Of a stretch of DNA of 64,000 nucleotides, positions 1-9,108 are shown one piece after another. This DNA is from Hydrogenophaga intermedia. GTDB lineage: Bacteria; Pseudomonadota; Gammaproteobacteria; Burkholderiales; Burkholderiaceae_C. The notes beneath the pieces were generated by a model. The model did not search any database and had not been told where the DNA came from. It was given only the letters and a program-made list of their open reading frames with translations. A program made the position numbers and the translations under genes. Numbering within the stretch: position 1 is the first letter of the stretch; every line of letters starts with the position of its first letter. The stretch lies in contig CALRTJ020000013.1 in assembly GCA_943371055.1 (NCBI GenBank), positions 33,518-97,517 on the forward strand. The letters are read 5' to 3'.

Positions 1-2067
1 AACGGATCGATGAAGAGTTCGCTGGCCAGCACCTTCCAAGACATCGCCGACGGCAAAGCATCTCGGGACCGGATCTTCCCGAACCGCGCCACCGTGCGTG
101 TGGTTCAGGATGAGAACAGTGCCAACATTGTTGCCGCCAATGTGCTGGTGCTCAGGCCTTTTGAGGAGTTTGCCAGCAAAGGAGACGCCACTGCGACCCT
201 CCTGGTGAATGCCGCACTCCGGCAGGAGTATGAAGCGTTGCACACGGACGTCACTGCTGCGAGGGTAGCCCTGATAACCGCAGTCAAGGCCACTGCAAAA
301 ACCAAAAGACCGATCGAGCGCGAGGTCTTGTCGGCGTTTGCACCTACTAGCGGGGATTTCGATGCGACGCTCGCCGACTTGAAAGAGGAACTAGCCAAGG
401 ACTGGGAGCCTGTCTTCAAGGACGTGTCGTACGACGTCTTCAACGACGAGCGGGTCGTCGCGTTCTTGGCACAAGGTGATTTCCGCACGGCTATCAATGA
501 CTACACGAGGAAGTACAACGAGCTGCTCGCGGCTTCGAAGTACTTTAAGAAAGGCGGATTCAACTACTACGCGGCCACCAACGTGGCCAGGGAGCTGAAG
601 GCCAGCGGTTTTTTCAAGGCCAAGCATTCCGTGAGCCTCAATGGCGAAGACAGAAGGGAGATTAACTCTGAGGCCGAGCTCCAAGCCCTTGTTGATGCGG
701 AGCGCGCCAAGATATCTGAGGATGCCGCGCTGCGCCGAAAGTATGAGGAGCTCGAGAAGCAGATCCAGAGGAACGCGCAGCTCCGCGAGTTCGAGTCGTA
801 CCTGCAAGGGCATGAAGAACTGCTGCCGGAGCTCGCCGACCCGGCTGCGTTCAACAAGAAGCTCTGGATGTCGTACCTCAAGGCGAATTACGCTCTGTAC
901 GTAGACCTGATCAACAAGGTCGAGCAGGCTGCCGTGCGATCAGCCGAGATCGAGGCGCAGGCTGGCCAGGAACACACGCAATGGCAAGAGGTCATTGACA
1001 TGTTCAATAGCCGCTTCATCGTCCCGTTCCATCTTGAAGTGGCCAACAAAGCTCAGGTGATCTTAGGCAAGGAAACGGCACCGCGCCTGGGCTTCGTGTT
1101 CAAGGATGGCAACGACTACGCGCCAGTCGAGCGGGATGCCCTGCTGCAGACACTCAGCACCGGCGAGAAGAGGGCGTTCCACGTCCTGAATATGCTGTTC
1201 GACATCGAGGTGCGTCGTGTGGCTGGTCAACAGACACTTCTGGTCGTCGACGACATCGCGGACTCCTTCGACTACAAGAACAAGTACGCCATCGTTCAGT
1301 ACCTCTCCGACTTGGCCGAGGATCAGCACTTCAAGATGCTCATCTTGACTCACAACTTCGATTTCTACCGAACCATCGAGAGCCGCCGCCTCGTTCAGCG
1401 GAAGAACTGCTTCATGGTGTCAAAGACGATTGCCGGCGTCACACTCGAGGCGGCACAAGGCGTGCGCAACGTCTTTATCAATGCTTGGAAACCAGCGTTC
1501 TTCATTGACGACCGCAAGAAGATCTGCTGCGTGCCCTTCATGCGCAACCTCATCGAGTACACGAAGGGCGAAGCCGACCCTGATTACCTGCTTCTCACTT
1601 CGTTGCTCCACTGGAAGGTCGCCACGGAGCAGATTACCGTGGCGGATCTTGATGGCATCTATACCAGGCTGTTTGGTGCCGCCGGACAGTCGGGTAACCC
1701 TGCGGCCCGCGTCGTTGATCTTCTTGCCGCAGAGGTCACTTCTTGTCTGCAGGCACCTGATGGCATTAACTTTGAGAACAAGGTCGTGTTGGCGATCTCC
1801 ACCCGCCTGCAGGCTGAACGGTTCATGGCCGCCAAGATCAACGACGCGGTCTGGTTGGCCGGCATTTCCGCCAATCAGACCCCCGCTCTCCTCAAGCGCT
1901 ACCGAGTCGACTTCCCTGCGGAGGTCGCCAACGTTGCCGTCATCCAGCGCGTCCTGCTCATGACGCCGGAGAACATCCATCTGAACTCGTTCATGTACGA
2001 ACCGATCTTGGACATGTCCGATCAGCACCTACGCCGCCTCCACGCGGAAGTCGTTGCCTTGAACTAG
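1..2067 (+). CDS. AAA_13/SMC-like ABC-type ATPase, 5-prime truncated by the window edge, with a C-terminal extension reminiscent of PrrC/RloC anticodon nucleases
   Basis: The frame is open to base 1 and the 685 aa present contain no Walker A, so the N-terminus lies upstream. The middle is a long E/K/Q/L-rich coiled-coil-like segment. ABC signature LSTGEKR, Walker B LLVVDDIADSFD and the LILTHNFDF region follow. About 200 aa remain after the ATPase core and contain MRNLIEY...LLHW. Confidence 0.7.
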   Translation, partial: NGSMKSSLASTFQDIADGKASRDRIFPNRATVRVVQDENSANIVAANVLVLRPFEEFASKGDATATLLVNAALRQEYEALHTDVTAARVALITAVKATAKTKRPIEREVLSAFAPTSGDFDATLADLKEELAKDWEPVFKDVSYDVFNDERVVAFLAQGDFRTAINDYTRKYNELLAASKYFKKGGFNYYAATNVARELKASGFFKAKHSVSLNGEDRREINSEAELQALVDAERAKISEDAALRRKYEELEKQIQRNAQLREFESYLQGHEELLPELADPAAFNKKLWMSYLKANYALYVDLINKVEQAAVRSAEIEAQAGQEHTQWQEVIDMFNSRFIVPFHLEVANKAQVILGKETAPRLGFVFKDGNDYAPVERDALLQTLSTGEKRAFHVLNMLFDIEVRRVAGQQTLLVVDDIADSFDYKNKYAIVQYLSDLAEDQHFKMLILTHNFDFYRTIESRRLVQRKNCFMVSKTIAGVTLEAAQGVRNVFINAWKPAFFIDDRKKICCVPFMRNLIEYTKGEADPDYLLLTSLLHWKVATEQITVADLDGIYTRLFGAAGQSGNPAARVVDLLAAEVTSCLQAPDGINFENKVVLAISTRLQAERFMAAKINDAVWLAGISANQTPALLKRYRVDFPAEVANVAVIQRVLLMTPENIHLNSFMYEPILDMSDQHLRRLHAEVVALN

Positions 2068-2321
2068 CAGCGGCACGCGATACTCACTGGAGGCAGCTCG
2101 TTCAAGCGTTGACGACTGCGGGTCATCGTCGACGGCATGTTTACCGGCGAGTCGATGACGGCTTCCGGTCCTGAAGCGTGAGCCGGGCTCCACGTTGCGG
2201 AAGACGGCAACCGCTGCCATTGGGACGCAGGCCAGGCTGTGCGTGGTGGGTCCCGGTCAGTCGATGGACAAAGAAAATTCACCGATGTGACCAGACAGGA
2301 ACCTCCCGGTCCCCGTCTGGC

Positions 2322-2600
2322 CTATCGCTTCTTCAGGCAGGTCAGGGTGACCTTGGCCATGTCCCGCTTCCATTCCGGAGACGGCTGTTCTTGGCTGGTG
2401 GCTGCATCTGCGATTTCAAAGGCCATGTGGTCGTTGCGCAGCTCTTCGAACATGCACTCGCACAAGGCTTTGTCTCTGAGTCCTGGATAGCACTGCGCAA
2501 CGAAGGTTCGCCGGGCGTCGGAGACCTCGTCGCTGCAACCCGCAAGGGCCATCAGCATCAGGACCGCCGCAGGGGCAAGCCGGTGAGCACGCCAGGTCAT
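2322..2600 (-). CDS. small lipoprotein (hypothetical)
   Basis: The N-terminus MTWRAHRLAPAAVLMLMALAGC has a signal peptide with an LAGC lipobox. Its start overlaps the stop of the upstream membrane-protein gene (ATGA at 2597-2600). Confidence 0.55.
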   Translation of the reverse strand: MTWRAHRLAPAAVLMLMALAGCSDEVSDARRTFVAQCYPGLRDKALCECMFEELRNDHMAFEIADAATSQEQPSPEWKRDMAKVTLTCLKKR

Positions 2601-2935
2601 TTCAGCACCAGCGTCTCACCGAGCGCGACGCCGGCGACCAGGCCGATGAGTTGCGGCCCGACCTGCCAGAACAGCTTGGATCCGATCAGGCTGAAAAGCC
2701 CGCCGTTGGTCACGATCATGTCCGGGCGCGCATAGCGCCGGATGCCGTCGCCCAGGAGGGCAAGGACGGTGCCCAATGCCGTTCCGGCCAGGACGGCAAA
2801 TGTCTTGGTCATGAAGCTCGCCCGCAGCACCAGCGGCGAGTTGTTGAGCGTGCAGAACACGATGGCCACGACCAGGGCGGCGACGCCCCAGAGTACGGCG
2901 TTGACCTTGGCAGGGCTGGGTTGTTCGGTGGTCAT
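2597..2935 (-). CDS. small integral membrane protein (hypothetical)
   Basis: Three hydrophobic helix-length segments are present. An AAGGAG RBS lies just upstream of the ATG at 2935. It is translationally coupled to the lipoprotein gene. Confidence 0.6.
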   Translation of the reverse strand: MTTEQPSPAKVNAVLWGVAALVVAIVFCTLNNSPLVLRASFMTKTFAVLAGTALGTVLALLGDGIRRYARPDMIVTNGGLFSLIGSKLFWQVGPQLIGLVAGVALGETLVLK

Positions 2936-3139
2936 AGTTCACTCCTTGGGTTTGATGTCTTGGGAACGGTCCAGTGATGAGGCCCACTGGTCAGGCCGGA
3001 ACTGAGGTAATGAGGTGTTTGAGGCTCTATTTATGGCGAGCGCGCACCGGCTCATTCATGGTCAGTGCGGCTCACAGGAGCTGTCTTGGATGATAAGGGG
3101 TACTAAACACCGTGGATTCAAACGCGTCGTTTATCGAGC

Positions 3140-3478
3140 ATGCCAAGCATGTCGGGAAGCGCACGTTCGAAGGAGAAGGCACAGCCGTTGCGGCTGGTGT
3201 TTGCCAGGAACGTCCGCCTGGCGCGCATCCATCAGGGCATGTCGCAGGAGCGCATGGCCAGTGAAGCCGGGCTTGACCGGGCCTTCGTGGGCACGTTGGA
3301 GCGAGGCCAGCGCAACATCTCGATCGACAACATCGAGTTGATCGCCAAGGCCGTTGGCGTGGCGGCCAGCGACCTGCTGGATCCCGGATTGCCGGAGCGC
3401 GCCGGCTTCGATGCGACCCTCACCCGGGCACCGCGGACGGCACGGCTCTACACGCCCGGCAAGCGCAGCGGCAGCTGA
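3140..3478 (+). CDS. XRE-family helix-turn-helix transcriptional regulator
   Basis: HTH_3-type core: LRLVFARNVRLARIHQGMSQERMASEAGLDRAFVGTLERGQRNISIDNIELIAKAVGV. The exact start among several Met codons is uncertain. Confidence 0.8.
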   Translation: MPSMSGSARSKEKAQPLRLVFARNVRLARIHQGMSQERMASEAGLDRAFVGTLERGQRNISIDNIELIAKAVGVAASDLLDPGLPERAGFDATLTRAPRTARLYTPGKRSGS

Positions 3479-3500
3479 TCACTGCCAGAGCGGCGCGGTA

Positions 3501-4145
3501 TCAGGTCTCGATGACGAAAAGCGCCGGATCCGGCAGCTGAAGCAGCGCATCAGCTTCCTGCACGCTGCCGAACACCCACTGCTCGACCTGGTCATGCTCG
3601 ATGGCGATGACCGAGCGCTTGTCCTGCTCGTCGGGGCCGAGGCGCGGATCAGGCTTGTGCATGTGCTTCATGATCGGGTGCTGGTCCGCGTTGATGGTCA
3701 GCATCGTGAACGACTCGACCAACTCTCCCGTGGACTTGTCGGTCCAGGTGTTCCACAGGCCGGCCAGACCCCAGGGAGCACCGTCGAGGCGCTTGAAGTT
3801 GTGCCAGATACAGCGGCCGGTCTCCCAGCCGGGCTCGTCAAACGACGCCGCCGGGATGATGCATCGCTGCCCTTTGGCCCAGGCCTGTTTGAAGCTCGCT
3901 TTGTTGCTCATCTCCTCGCTTCGGGCGTTCTGGGTTGCATAGGGCAGGTGGGCCTGCTTGGCGAACCAGGGGATGAGGCCAAACTGGCCGATCACCATGT
4001 CCAGCGCGCCAGGCGCCTTGCCGCCCCGCAGGAACAAGCCCGTCTGGCGAGGGAAGACCTTGGCCCCTGACCAGGGTTGGCCTGCACCGATGTGCCACAG
4101 CCGCTCGACCTCAGCGGCCTCGGGGGAGATGTAGCGGGTGCACAT
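3501..4145 (-). CDS. SOS response-associated peptidase (SRAP/YedK, DUF159) family protein
   Basis: It starts MCTRY, with the catalytic Cys2 typical of SRAP. Family-like blocks are present: FGLIPWFAK, NARSEE, SFKQAW, RCIIPAASFDE, FTMLTINA. Confidence 0.9.
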   Translation of the reverse strand: MCTRYISPEAAEVERLWHIGAGQPWSGAKVFPRQTGLFLRGGKAPGALDMVIGQFGLIPWFAKQAHLPYATQNARSEEMSNKASFKQAWAKGQRCIIPAASFDEPGWETGRCIWHNFKRLDGAPWGLAGLWNTWTDKSTGELVESFTMLTINADQHPIMKHMHKPDPRLGPDEQDKRSVIAIEHDQVEQWVFGSVQEADALLQLPDPALFVIET

Positions 4146-4205
4146 CGATCAAGCATAGCCCGCCTGGCTCACCCAGTGGGCCTGCAGAGCTCTAGGCTGG
4201 CCGGC

Positions 4206-4595
4206 ATGAAGATCCGACTCCGACTGATGCGCCGCGACGGCCAGAAGCGTCCCATGGCCGAGGTGCGGGCCGACCCGGGTCACCTGGTGACGCTGACCGT
4301 GCATCGCAGCAGGGATGGTTCGGAAGCCATGGCACACGTGAGTGCCTCGTCCCAGCCGTTTCGGCTTTCCCGCGTCCGACTGACCACGCTGCACGGTGCC
4401 GACTTCGCCCTGCTGGGTGAGGAGCCAGCAGGCCTGATGTACGAGGGGCGAACCCAACCGCAGGCCTGGTGGTGCCAGTTGGCCACGGCGGCCGCAGGGG
4501 AGGCGGGTGGTTGCAGTGACCTGGCTGCTGACGCCGCCCCCTCAGCAACAACCACCCCACCCGTCGTATCGCCCCCGAGCGTCCCCAGCCGGTAG
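4206..4595 (+). CDS. hypothetical protein
   Basis: ATG at 4206 (MKIRLRLMRRDG...). The ORF has mostly G/C-ending codons and a Pro/Thr/Ser-rich tail. I recognise no domain, and competing antisense ORFs exist. Confidence 0.3.
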   Translation: MKIRLRLMRRDGQKRPMAEVRADPGHLVTLTVHRSRDGSEAMAHVSASSQPFRLSRVRLTTLHGADFALLGEEPAGLMYEGRTQPQAWWCQLATAAAGEAGGCSDLAADAAPSATTTPPVVSPPSVPSR

Positions 4596-4644
4596 AAGCC
4601 GCTGGGGGATCCCTGCCAACCAATGGCGCCTGCCAGAGCGGAGG

Positions 4645-5286
4645 TCAGGCCTTCGTATCCAGAGGAACCATGCACAGTGCCCTGAGCGTTGTGCCTTCCT
4701 GGCGTTGACCTTGAAGGCCCCTCGACAGCCAGCCACCGCCCCCTGTCTGCGGCACCAGGCGGGCGTTGTGGGCACTGCACCAAGGGACTCCCCAGCGAGG
4801 ATCGAGCAGCAGTGCGGCCCGCGGGCTCACCGACGCGCGGTCCTGCTCGTAACCGACCAGGAGCGACCAGGAACCTGGTTGCCCCTTCTCCTGCAGGCTG
4901 ACGATCGCCACACCACCGGCCTCCAGAACCTGCTTCAGGATGTCCAAGGCCGGCGCATGCTCGCCAGTGGGCGGCCAGTCGAAACTGGTGACGCAGCACT
5001 GGGGATGCTCCAGCCGAAGCCCATCGAGCACCTGTTGCAGCTCGTCCACCTCTCGCGTTCTGCCGTCACCTACCAAGGCCCGCTCGGGCAGTGAGCCCAA
5101 GCCTGGCAGGCCCAGCACGGCCAGGGCTTGCGACAGGCACAGCGCCAGACCTGTGCGCGTTCCCTGTTCCGAGGGCAAGGGCAGCTTGCGCCACCGGTGC
5201 CCCTGGCGGATCTGCAGCTCGGCGTCAAAGCGCAGGCCCCTCGCAAAGCGGTGCACCAGCCAAGGTGGTCGCTCCGGCTTGCTCAC
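4645..5286 (-). CDS. hypothetical protein, last gene of the MGE recombination operon
   Basis: The GTG start overlaps the stop of the upstream gene (GTGA at 5283-5286). It is on the same strand as the DUF932/YqaJ block. No recognisable domain. Confidence 0.5.
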   Translation of the reverse strand: MSKPERPPWLVHRFARGLRFDAELQIRQGHRWRKLPLPSEQGTRTGLALCLSQALAVLGLPGLGSLPERALVGDGRTREVDELQQVLDGLRLEHPQCCVTSFDWPPTGEHAPALDILKQVLEAGGVAIVSLQEKGQPGSWSLLVGYEQDRASVSPRAALLLDPRWGVPWCSAHNARLVPQTGGGGWLSRGLQGQRQEGTTLRALCMVPLDTKA

Positions 5287-6233
5287 GGCGGATCCTCCTG
5301 GCTTGCACCTGCTGCCTGACGCGCAGACGCCTCTGCTCGGCTGCTCAGCTTGTCCGCCAGGCTCCGCGTGCCTGCACGAGCGGACCTGACGGCTTCGCGG
5401 CCCCCAAGAGGATCACCCTCCGCCGCACCGTCGCTGGGAGGGTAGAACTCCTCGGCGATCGCAGCCCCTTCCTCGACGCTCTCCTCAAAGGCGCCGTGGG
5501 CCAGGCCCTCCCGGGCCACCGCATCGAGCGCCGCTTGCCGAAACCCCGCCACTTCACGGATCTCCCAGTCCGAGTGGGCCGTGGTGATGGTGTCGGCCAA
5601 GGTGCTGCCGCTGCGCACGGTCAGATCGACGTAGTAGATTGGGGCGCGATGCGACAGCGTGGTCGACTTGCCCCGCAGGCGGAGCTCCAGCGGCATCGTC
5701 GACAGCCGCCCTCCCGCCACGGCGTGGAAGTAGCGCAGCCGTGTCGCCAGCGTGCGGATGCTGTTGAAGCCCGTGGTGCGGAAGACAAACGAGCCCAGTT
5801 CATCGTCCTCGCCGATGCGCACGTTCAGGCGGCCAAAGGGCTTGCAGCCCCCCGCTGAGAAGTCGCAGCCATCCGGCGACGGGCAGAGCATGGTCTGCAC
5901 GCCATCCGCCGTCGCACGGCGGCAGTTCTCGCCATCGCCCACGCAGACTGGCCGGCCCGACTTGCGGTCGAACAGGCTGTAGGACGCCCGCAGGTTCAGC
6001 TCCGGATCGTCGAACAGCAGCCGCACGGGGATGGCGCGCAGCTTGGCGCCGGCGGTGCCGGAGCGTAGCGTCTCATCGACCGGGTGAGCCACCCAGCCGT
6101 CCTTGCCTTGCACCTGGCTGGTGATGGTGAACTCGTCGTCCTTCTCCGGCAGACGCTTGCCGCCGCGTTCGATGACGCGGCCGATCGAGATCCGCCCGAT
6201 GATGGGCGGGGTGAGGGCCAGGCCCTTGAGCAT
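5283..6233 (-). CDS. conserved MGE protein with a Cys cluster (putative metal-binding; function unknown)
   Basis: AAGGAGA RBS before the ATG at 6233 (MLKGLALTPPIIGRISIGRV...). Cys cluster: CVGDGENC...CPSPDGCDFSAGGC. It lies immediately downstream of the YqaJ exonuclease gene. Confidence 0.65.
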   Translation of the reverse strand: MLKGLALTPPIIGRISIGRVIERGGKRLPEKDDEFTITSQVQGKDGWVAHPVDETLRSGTAGAKLRAIPVRLLFDDPELNLRASYSLFDRKSGRPVCVGDGENCRRATADGVQTMLCPSPDGCDFSAGGCKPFGRLNVRIGEDDELGSFVFRTTGFNSIRTLATRLRYFHAVAGGRLSTMPLELRLRGKSTTLSHRAPIYYVDLTVRSGSTLADTITTAHSDWEIREVAGFRQAALDAVAREGLAHGAFEESVEEGAAIAEEFYPPSDGAAEGDPLGGREAVRSARAGTRSLADKLSSRAEASARQAAGASQEDPP

Positions 6234-6289
6234 GGTGTTCTCCTTGGAGGGCCCCCCCATTTGGGGGGTGAAGTGTTGGTGCAGGGCGC

Positions 6290-7291
6290 TCAGCCCTGGA
6301 TCAGGAAGCGCCGCGAGCCAGGTTTGGCCTTGGCGTAGGTCGTGGCCAGTTCCGGGTGCTCCTTGAGCAGCCGATTCAGGTCGACGCTGGTGCTGTCCTT
6401 GCTGCGCTTCCAGCTGATCTCGCCGGTCTCGAAGACGGCCCGGGTCGCATCGCCCATGCGCTGCTGGATGCGCTGCTTGAGCTTGGCCTCCTGCTCGCCC
6501 AAGCTGCCGAGTTGCTGCCTGACCGCCAACAGGTCCGAGAAGGCCGAGGCCATCTCGAAGTCGCTGCTCAATTCCAGCGTGTGACCCAGGTCCTGCGGGT
6601 ACAGGGCACGCAAGGCCTGGTCGGCCGAGTCCGAACCGTCGGCAGGCGGCTGCTCGTCGCGCTGCACCAGGTCCCAGAAGCGCTGCTCCAGATCCACCAG
6701 CTGGCGGATCATGGTCTCGTCGCGCTCGATGCGATGCACCTGCAGGTCCTGGCCGCAGATCAGCACGGCCACGTCAGCGGCCTGCTTGCCGGTGACGGCC
6801 AGTTGGTGCATCACCTGCAGCTGAACGTACTCGGGCACACCGTCGCGCCACAGCCGGGCACCGTTGAGGCCGGCGGTCTTGCATTCCAGGATCTGCACAT
6901 CGGCAGCGCCGACCACCTCGCGGTCGAGGTTGGCCAGCATCCAGGCGTGCTCCGGGTGCTGCAGGACGGCGTTCACCTTGCGGACCCGGTTGCCGGTGCG
7001 CTTGGTGTAGAGCGCTGCCACGATGGGCTCCAGCAGCGTCCCCCAGAAGAGGGGAGTGCCGTCATCGTTCGGATCGTCCTTGGGCAGGTTGCCGTCGCGC
7101 TGCGTCTTCTCCATCCACAGCTCCAGCTGGGACTTGTAGGGGTTCAGGCCGACCGCGGCGGCGGCGTCCGAGCCGCCGATGCCAGTCTTTCGGAAATCGA
7201 GCCAGTCGTCCCGGCTCAGGGCCTGGGTCTTGACCAGGCGCAGCGCCGGACGGTTGCGTGCTTGGCGTTGGGCCGGAAGGGGTGCATTCAT
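6290..7291 (-). CDS. YqaJ-like viral recombinase / lambda-exonuclease-family PD-(D/E)XK nuclease
   Basis: YqaJ-domain features: GIGGSDAAAAVGLNPYKSQLELW, GTLLEPIV, then D...ILECKT (the D/ExK motif). A coiled-coil-like C-terminal region follows. Confidence 0.9.
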   Translation of the reverse strand: MNAPLPAQRQARNRPALRLVKTQALSRDDWLDFRKTGIGGSDAAAAVGLNPYKSQLELWMEKTQRDGNLPKDDPNDDGTPLFWGTLLEPIVAALYTKRTGNRVRKVNAVLQHPEHAWMLANLDREVVGAADVQILECKTAGLNGARLWRDGVPEYVQLQVMHQLAVTGKQAADVAVLICGQDLQVHRIERDETMIRQLVDLEQRFWDLVQRDEQPPADGSDSADQALRALYPQDLGHTLELSSDFEMASAFSDLLAVRQQLGSLGEQEAKLKQRIQQRMGDATRAVFETGEISWKRSKDSTSVDLNRLLKEHPELATTYAKAKPGSRRFLIQG

Positions 7292-7426
7292 CAGGGTTCT
7301 CCTTTCCCCCGAAAAGGGGTGATCGAAGCCACCAGCACAAAGCCCCCGCTCAGCCGAAGAGGCTGAGCGGGGGCTTATGCCGGTGAGGAGCGGCGTGACG
7401 CCGCGGGAGAGTTGGGCTCGGGTGGC

Positions 7427-8395
7427 TCAGGCCACCAGTTGCAGGGCGTGGTCCAGTGCACGCTGCTTGAGGTTGGCGCCCTGGCCGAACCAGGCGCTGT
7501 CCAAGCGGTACTCCTGGCTGCGGGCGCGGCGCTCGTGGTCGACGTACTCGGTGACCGCGTTCAGCAGGCCCCAGGCGGTGCCCTGGGCCGATGCCAGGTC
7601 CGAGCCCTTGCCGGCACCCTCGTAGAGCGCTTGGACGCGCTTGAGGGCCCGTTCGTTGGTCAGGCCCATGGCCGGGTCGGTGTGGCCATCGCTCTGGCAG
7701 AGCACCTTCAGGAAGTAGTTCAGCGACTCGTGGGTCTTCACTTTGCGCTCGGACAGGGTCTTCATGCGGTACATGAAGCTGTCCCACTGGGTGACTGCCA
7801 CGCCGAGTTGCTTCTTCACCGCCAGCGGATCGAAGCTGGTGTTGTGCGGCACCTTGATGGCGCTGCTGGCACCGCTGAGCGCCACCGTCAGCGTGTTGTT
7901 GCAGACCACTCGAACCGTGGTGGGCGTGGCCGTGGTGGCCAGCGTGCCATCACAGGAGGTGGCCAACAGCAGGTAGCCGTTGACGGTGTCGCAGCCCTTG
8001 ATCGAGGTGGACTTGCCGGTGCGGGCCAGCGCCCAGAACTTGCGACCCTCCTTGAGGACGCCGGCGGTCTCCAACTCGAAGCCCGAGACCTCGGTCAGGT
8101 CGCGGTAGAACTCCAGCACCTCTCGGGGCTGGACGATCTGGTAGCGGTTGCCGACCACGGACAGCGGCGTCTTCGTATCGCTGCGGTAGAGCACCTTCTG
8201 GTCATCGAAGGTCATGATCGCACCCAGTGCACCGGCCTGGTCAGCCAGGTAGCGGACAGGGGACTCGCAGATCGACCAGTTCATGCCGGCCTTCTCGGCC
8301 CAGACATCGATCGATTGCTTCGCGGGGAGTTCATTGCCCAGGCCGTGCCACGGGGTGGCGCCGACGTAGGCCATTTGTTGGACGAGGTGAGCCAT
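7427..8395 (-). CDS. DUF932 domain-containing protein (phage/plasmid-like)
   Basis: AAGGAGA RBS before the ATG at 8395. MAHLVQQMAYVGATPWHGLGN is a typical DUF932 N-terminus. The length of about 320 aa fits the family. Confidence 0.85.
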   Translation of the reverse strand: MAHLVQQMAYVGATPWHGLGNELPAKQSIDVWAEKAGMNWSICESPVRYLADQAGALGAIMTFDDQKVLYRSDTKTPLSVVGNRYQIVQPREVLEFYRDLTEVSGFELETAGVLKEGRKFWALARTGKSTSIKGCDTVNGYLLLATSCDGTLATTATPTTVRVVCNNTLTVALSGASSAIKVPHNTSFDPLAVKKQLGVAVTQWDSFMYRMKTLSERKVKTHESLNYFLKVLCQSDGHTDPAMGLTNERALKRVQALYEGAGKGSDLASAQGTAWGLLNAVTEYVDHERRARSQEYRLDSAWFGQGANLKQRALDHALQLVA

Positions 8396-8493
8396 GGGGA
8401 TCTCCTTCAAGAGAGGGGGAAATAGAGCGCGCATGCGGCAGCCCGGCCAGGTGCCGATGGGCTGTTTGGGGGGATGAGGACCGGCAGAGCCGG

Positions 8494-8742
8494 TCAGGCA
8501 GGGGGCTTGAAGCCGCAGGCCTGGCAGCGGAAGCGGCAGACGACGTTCTCGTCGATGGCCTCACCAATGGAGGCCCCGAGCGAGAGCCCGCTGAGCGTGG
8601 CCGCCACGATGCTCTTCACGCCGCGGCCGGCCCGGTAAGCCAAGGCCAGCCCTGTGGCACAGCCAAGCGCCGAGGTGATGCGCCTGACCAGCGGAACAGG
8701 GGCCAAGGCCACGGCACCGCAGTGGGGGCACGGCCTCGTCAT
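8494..8742 (-). CDS. small Cys-rich (zinc-ribbon-like) hypothetical protein
   Basis: 82 aa with an N-terminal CPHC and a C-terminal CRFRCQAC flanking a hydrophobic segment. It is on the same strand as, and upstream of, DUF932. No clear RBS. Confidence 0.35.
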   Translation of the reverse strand: MTRPCPHCGAVALAPVPLVRRITSALGCATGLALAYRAGRGVKSIVAATLSGLSLGASIGEAIDENVVCRFRCQACGFKPPA

Positions 8743-9108
8743 CTGATGCAGCACCACAGGAACGGCGGCACGCGGCCCCAACGCATCACGCCCAGGAGCA
8801 GTGCGGTGCAGGAGCAGCCCAGGCAGAACGCGATGACGAACGCCCAGAGGTAGGCGCCAGGGGAAGGGTAGGGTGGCAAGTGGACCTCCTAGTCCGGTGG
8901 ATGGGCCAGACCGCATAAACGCCAGGGGATCGCTCCGCCTGGCCCTGGTTCTGGTGACAGCGCATGGGGCTGTCGAGGAGGTCATATGGGACTGAAAACT
9001 TCTGCAGCACAGTGGCGTAGCCGCTACTGCCGGTGGGTGACACTGGGTAAAGTCGCGGCACAGAGCCCGGAAGCGAGGCCAGAACTGTGGCCCACGTAGA
9101 AAACCAAG

